Part shown: positions 61,108-64,000 of the stretch, piece after piece
Position numbering within the stretch: the stretch's first letter is position 1
Layout: each line of letters opens with the position of its first letter
Source: Picochlorum sp. SENEW3
Lineage: Eukaryota
DNA: 64,000 nt
Reading direction: 5' to 3'
NCBI GenBank assembly: GCA_034226945.1
Contig: CP120461.1
Span: forward strand, 372,001-436,000
Made by a program: the position numbers and the translations under genes
The notes under the pieces: model-generated
Told to the model about the DNA's origin: nothing
The model's database searches: none
The model's input: the letters and a program-made list of their open reading frames with translations, nothing else

Positions 61108-61776
61108 ATGGTAGTGATTCAAGGGGCTGGTCGCGCAGGAGGAGGAGGATCTGCTCTAGAATTGTACTACGTTGCTGTCGGAAGCCAGGACGCCGTACTG
61201 GATACTTTGATCGAATTGATCATCGCTTTAAAGTATGAAGATCGTTCTATTAGTATAGTAATCTGCTGTGGATCAAGGGATCACGTGGATGACGTGACAC
61301 GGGGAGTCAAGGACCAGGTTGGTCAACGAGTTGGGGGTGTGAACCTGTGGTGCTTGCATTCGGATTTGGGTGAGCGGGATGTGATGGCGTATGCGAATCA
61401 GTTCAAAGATATATCAAAGCAGAATGCGCTACTAGATTGGCATGATGCCATGGATCAGGAGAGCACCTCGTGTTCTTCTGTGAGACATCCTGTACATGTT
61501 TTGGTGACATCAGATGCACCACTTCAAACACTGATTAAAATGAATTCAGCCCCATTGGCTCCGACGGTGATGATCCATTATAACCTTCCTCGTCGTAAAG
61601 AAGATTATAATAGGAGGAATGGGGTGATACTGGGGAGTAGGAGTAGGAGTGAAGGCAAACGGGTGGCAATTTGTTTTGTTGAGGCATCACGACTGGAGGA
61701 ATTGCATCAGTTCGAGGATTTTGCGGAGCGGAGTTTGAAAGAAATGCCTGTACATGTGAAAGATATTTTGGAATAA
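61108..61776 (+). CDS. Stand-alone eIF4A-like DEAD-box helicase C-terminal (RecA2) domain protein
   Basis: YYVAV......TL..L, IVICCGSRD, LHSDL...., VLVTSD, IHYNLP..KEDY.RR; no Walker A or DEAD motif. Confidence 0.75.
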   Translation: MVVIQGAGRAGGGGSALELYYVAVGSQDAVLDTLIELIIALKYEDRSISIVICCGSRDHVDDVTRGVKDQVGQRVGGVNLWCLHSDLGERDVMAYANQFKDISKQNALLDWHDAMDQESTSCSSVRHPVHVLVTSDAPLQTLIKMNSAPLAPTVMIHYNLPRRKEDYNRRNGVILGSRSRSEGKRVAICFVEASRLEELHQFEDFAERSLKEMPVHVKDILE

Positions 61777-61777
61777 A

Positions 61778-63082
61778 TTAGATGGTATTTTCATATAGAT
61801 GTATTTGCCTCGCAATGTGCTTTGCTGTCTCCATGCCAATCATATTGATCGCAGAACGCTGGACCATGATATGTTGATGAGATAGGAACCATAACCGTGA
61901 GTCTTTAAAACAGACATCGATCCTTCTCCATCCTACTGATTTGAGATTTTCTCGCGCTCTATTCTGAAGCTCGTGCATGGCGCACGAGGTATCTGAAGAA
62001 GGAGAATGTGATGATGTTGCCTCAGGATGGGCCCATGCATAATGCAAAGGATCTTCACGCACAACCCCAGTACAAGCTGTATTCATTTCTCTTCCTATAT
62101 CTTGCTGTATATATTCTATTTCCTCGCGTGAACGCAACGATGAGTTACACCAACCAACCAGATGATCCCCACTCCTGTTTCCATAACATGTTCTGGTTTT
62201 GAACCTTTTCAGAGCAGAAATATATGGATCCAAGGCCATACTATACAAAATCGGGACATCTCCGTCCCGTAGAAAAAACTGCTTCCCTGATTCTCCCATC
62301 ATGATGGACGTCAGCCAAGGTACACCACGATCCAGCACCACCTCACCAAGAGCACTGGGCACAGTCCCACGTATCCAATGAACCAACGGTACATCCTCAT
62401 ACGTTGGAACAAACCCAACATGAGGAGTTGCTAGGGTCACAAAATGGCACGGTTCCAAATGACCCAATATCAGCTCCTCATCGTCAGCATGGTAGAGCTT
62501 GCCAATGGCATTTCTTGCAATTAAACCGCCCATCGAGTGGCCCACAAAGGAAATCTTATCATACCTATCTTGCTGTGCAACCTGTTTCACTTCGTCAGCC
62601 AATGCACTGCCACACACATCGATGCCAGCATATGTCTGAAACAATTGATTCACCTTGGAGGCATGTACAACAGTTGATGATGAATCCAAAACCCTTTGCA
62701 ATTCATTCTCAACAGTTTTCCAATGCTTTGCTCTACCCCACAGTCCATTCACTAGTACAATCAAATGCTTTGCATTTCCTGCATTTGTCTTCCCAACCGA
62801 TGTAATACAACTTTCAGTGGTAGAAGACAGTATGCTGCTCATGACGTGTGCCTGGCATAGAATACGATGAGATGGACGCAATGTACCTATTGTTGGATAT
62901 CTAATGGTTTTCATGGACATTATTCTGGCACATACATGAAAAGGAAGAGGAACACCATGCGACTCACTTGCCCGCCCTTGATGCCGTAAAAAGGACTTTA
63001 AAACTTTTTGCAATGCAGGAGGACGCGCATGCAATTGCGTTGTAGAACATCCATTGGTGCAAAATGCGGCGAATATACTCAA
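61778..63082 (-). CDS. DUF676 lipase / serine esterase-like alpha/beta hydrolase
   Basis: HLIVLVNGLWG, ISFVGHSMGGLIAR.AIG, FVTLATPH.G, F..R..YGN...D..V. The true start is probably a downstream ATG. Confidence 0.9.
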   Translation of the reverse strand: MSIFAAFCTNGCSTTQLHARPPALQKVLKSFLRHQGRASESHGVPLPFHVCARIMSMKTIRYPTIGTLRPSHRILCQAHVMSSILSSTTESCITSVGKTNAGNAKHLIVLVNGLWGRAKHWKTVENELQRVLDSSSTVVHASKVNQLFQTYAGIDVCGSALADEVKQVAQQDRYDKISFVGHSMGGLIARNAIGKLYHADDEELILGHLEPCHFVTLATPHVGFVPTYEDVPLVHWIRGTVPSALGEVVLDRGVPWLTSIMMGESGKQFFLRDGDVPILYSMALDPYISALKRFKTRTCYGNRSGDHLVGWCNSSLRSREEIEYIQQDIGREMNTACTGVVREDPLHYAWAHPEATSSHSPSSDTSCAMHELQNRARENLKSVGWRRIDVCFKDSRLWFLSHQHIMVQRSAINMIGMETAKHIARQIHLYENTI

Positions 63083-63278
63083 ACCTTATCTAATTATATT
63101 TGATCATACCAGTCGTAGATACGATCGGCCCTGATAACGCCTGGCATTTGACCTGTAGTAGAAACTTCTCCAGGAAGTGTCGGAAAACTCGACATACAAA
63201 CGACGATACCGACTGTGGTAGTCTAGGAATTCACTATTGTGAGACATTGGAACGAATCACTTCTATTATATACCGATA

Positions 63279-64000
63279 ATGGTGATGGGCGTTGGAGTTG
63301 GAAAGGGAATAGTCCAACAAACTCCAACCCAGTTTTCTTGGAAGGGTGGGAGTAGTAGACTATTCTTGAGACGACCACGACGTGTCGGCATTCCCAATGA
63401 ACGGGTCAAAGCTCAGCTTATCACTGCAGATCTGGGTATTGATATGTTTCTTCCTGCGTTGGGGATGAAACCGGAAGCAGCAGTGCTCATGAGTGCTCTC
63501 TTGGCAACAACCAGTGTTGCCATGAACTTCTTCTCTGGAATATCCCTGGAAAGCAAAAAGGCAGAGCTGGCCATTGAACTCGAGAGAGAAAAGCAGTTTC
63601 AGCAGCAGCTCAGAGAGCTGCAAGGGGTCATCGCAAGGTACAGGGGCCCTTTGCTGGAATCAGCTATTGACTTGGAACAGCGCTTGTGGCATTTGGTGTC
63701 TGACCAGTGTTTTGATGTGGACGAAATGCACGCAAAGTTGGAGGTGAGATATTTCACGTTCTGTGTGGCACAGTTTCTGGGCTTTGTGGAGGTTGTCCGT
63801 CGAGAGGGTCCCAGAGAGAACTCCTTCCTTCAGCGTGGCAACCCTCAAGGGTCAGACACACTGTTTGTGATGGTGGAAGCCATCCGATTTGTGCTGTGCG
63901 CATCGCCCACCTATCTGGAATCTTGGTATGTACAAGGACCCAACAGAAACCACCCAGGTGCTCGCATGAGGCAGTCTCGTGAGGAGATCATCCTGAGTCA
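63279..64000 (+). CDS. Partial gene absent from the ORF track: transit-peptide-like start, hydrophobic segment, coiled coil, conserved-looking helical domain
   Basis: Frame open from ATG 63279 to the edge: MVMGVGVGKG...RYRGPLLESAIDLEQRLWHL...RYFTFCVAQFLGFVEVVRRE... Confidence 0.8.
   Translation, partial: MVMGVGVGKGIVQQTPTQFSWKGGSSRLFLRRPRRVGIPNERVKAQLITADLGIDMFLPALGMKPEAAVLMSALLATTSVAMNFFSGISLESKKAELAIELEREKQFQQQLRELQGVIARYRGPLLESAIDLEQRLWHLVSDQCFDVDEMHAKLEVRYFTFCVAQFLGFVEVVRREGPRENSFLQRGNPQGSDTLFVMVEAIRFVLCASPTYLESWYVQGPNRNHPGARMRQSREEIILS

Overview
Gene-dense eukaryotic nuclear DNA with short GT-AG introns and very small intergenic gaps. Nuclear-encoded PetN, ChlH, CCB1, APE1, PWD and beta-amylase point to a green alga with a compact genome; a Picochlorum-like trebouxiophyte is my inference, not a proven assignment. 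I reconstructed about 36 protein genes, two of them cut by the window edges, and placed intron boundaries by eye. I saw no transposon, CRISPR array, tRNA or rRNA. Most notable: (1) a receptor with a plant-type LRR ectodomain, Fn3-like region, one TM helix and three class III cyclase domains, where domains 1 and 3 carry complementary catalytic residues; (2) an unannotated structured ~250-nt RNA candidate (8807-9059) with Pol III-like ends and a telomere-template-like segment; (3) an intronic box C/D snoRNA (snR39B/SNORD2-like) in SURF2; (4) a head-to-head pair of related secreted coiled-coil proteins; (5) co-directional genes only 11-78 nt apart, suggesting polycistronic expression; (6) SAS-6, a PIN-degenerate DIS3-like nuclease and a double-domain MAPR. 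All family calls come from motif recognition, with no database search.
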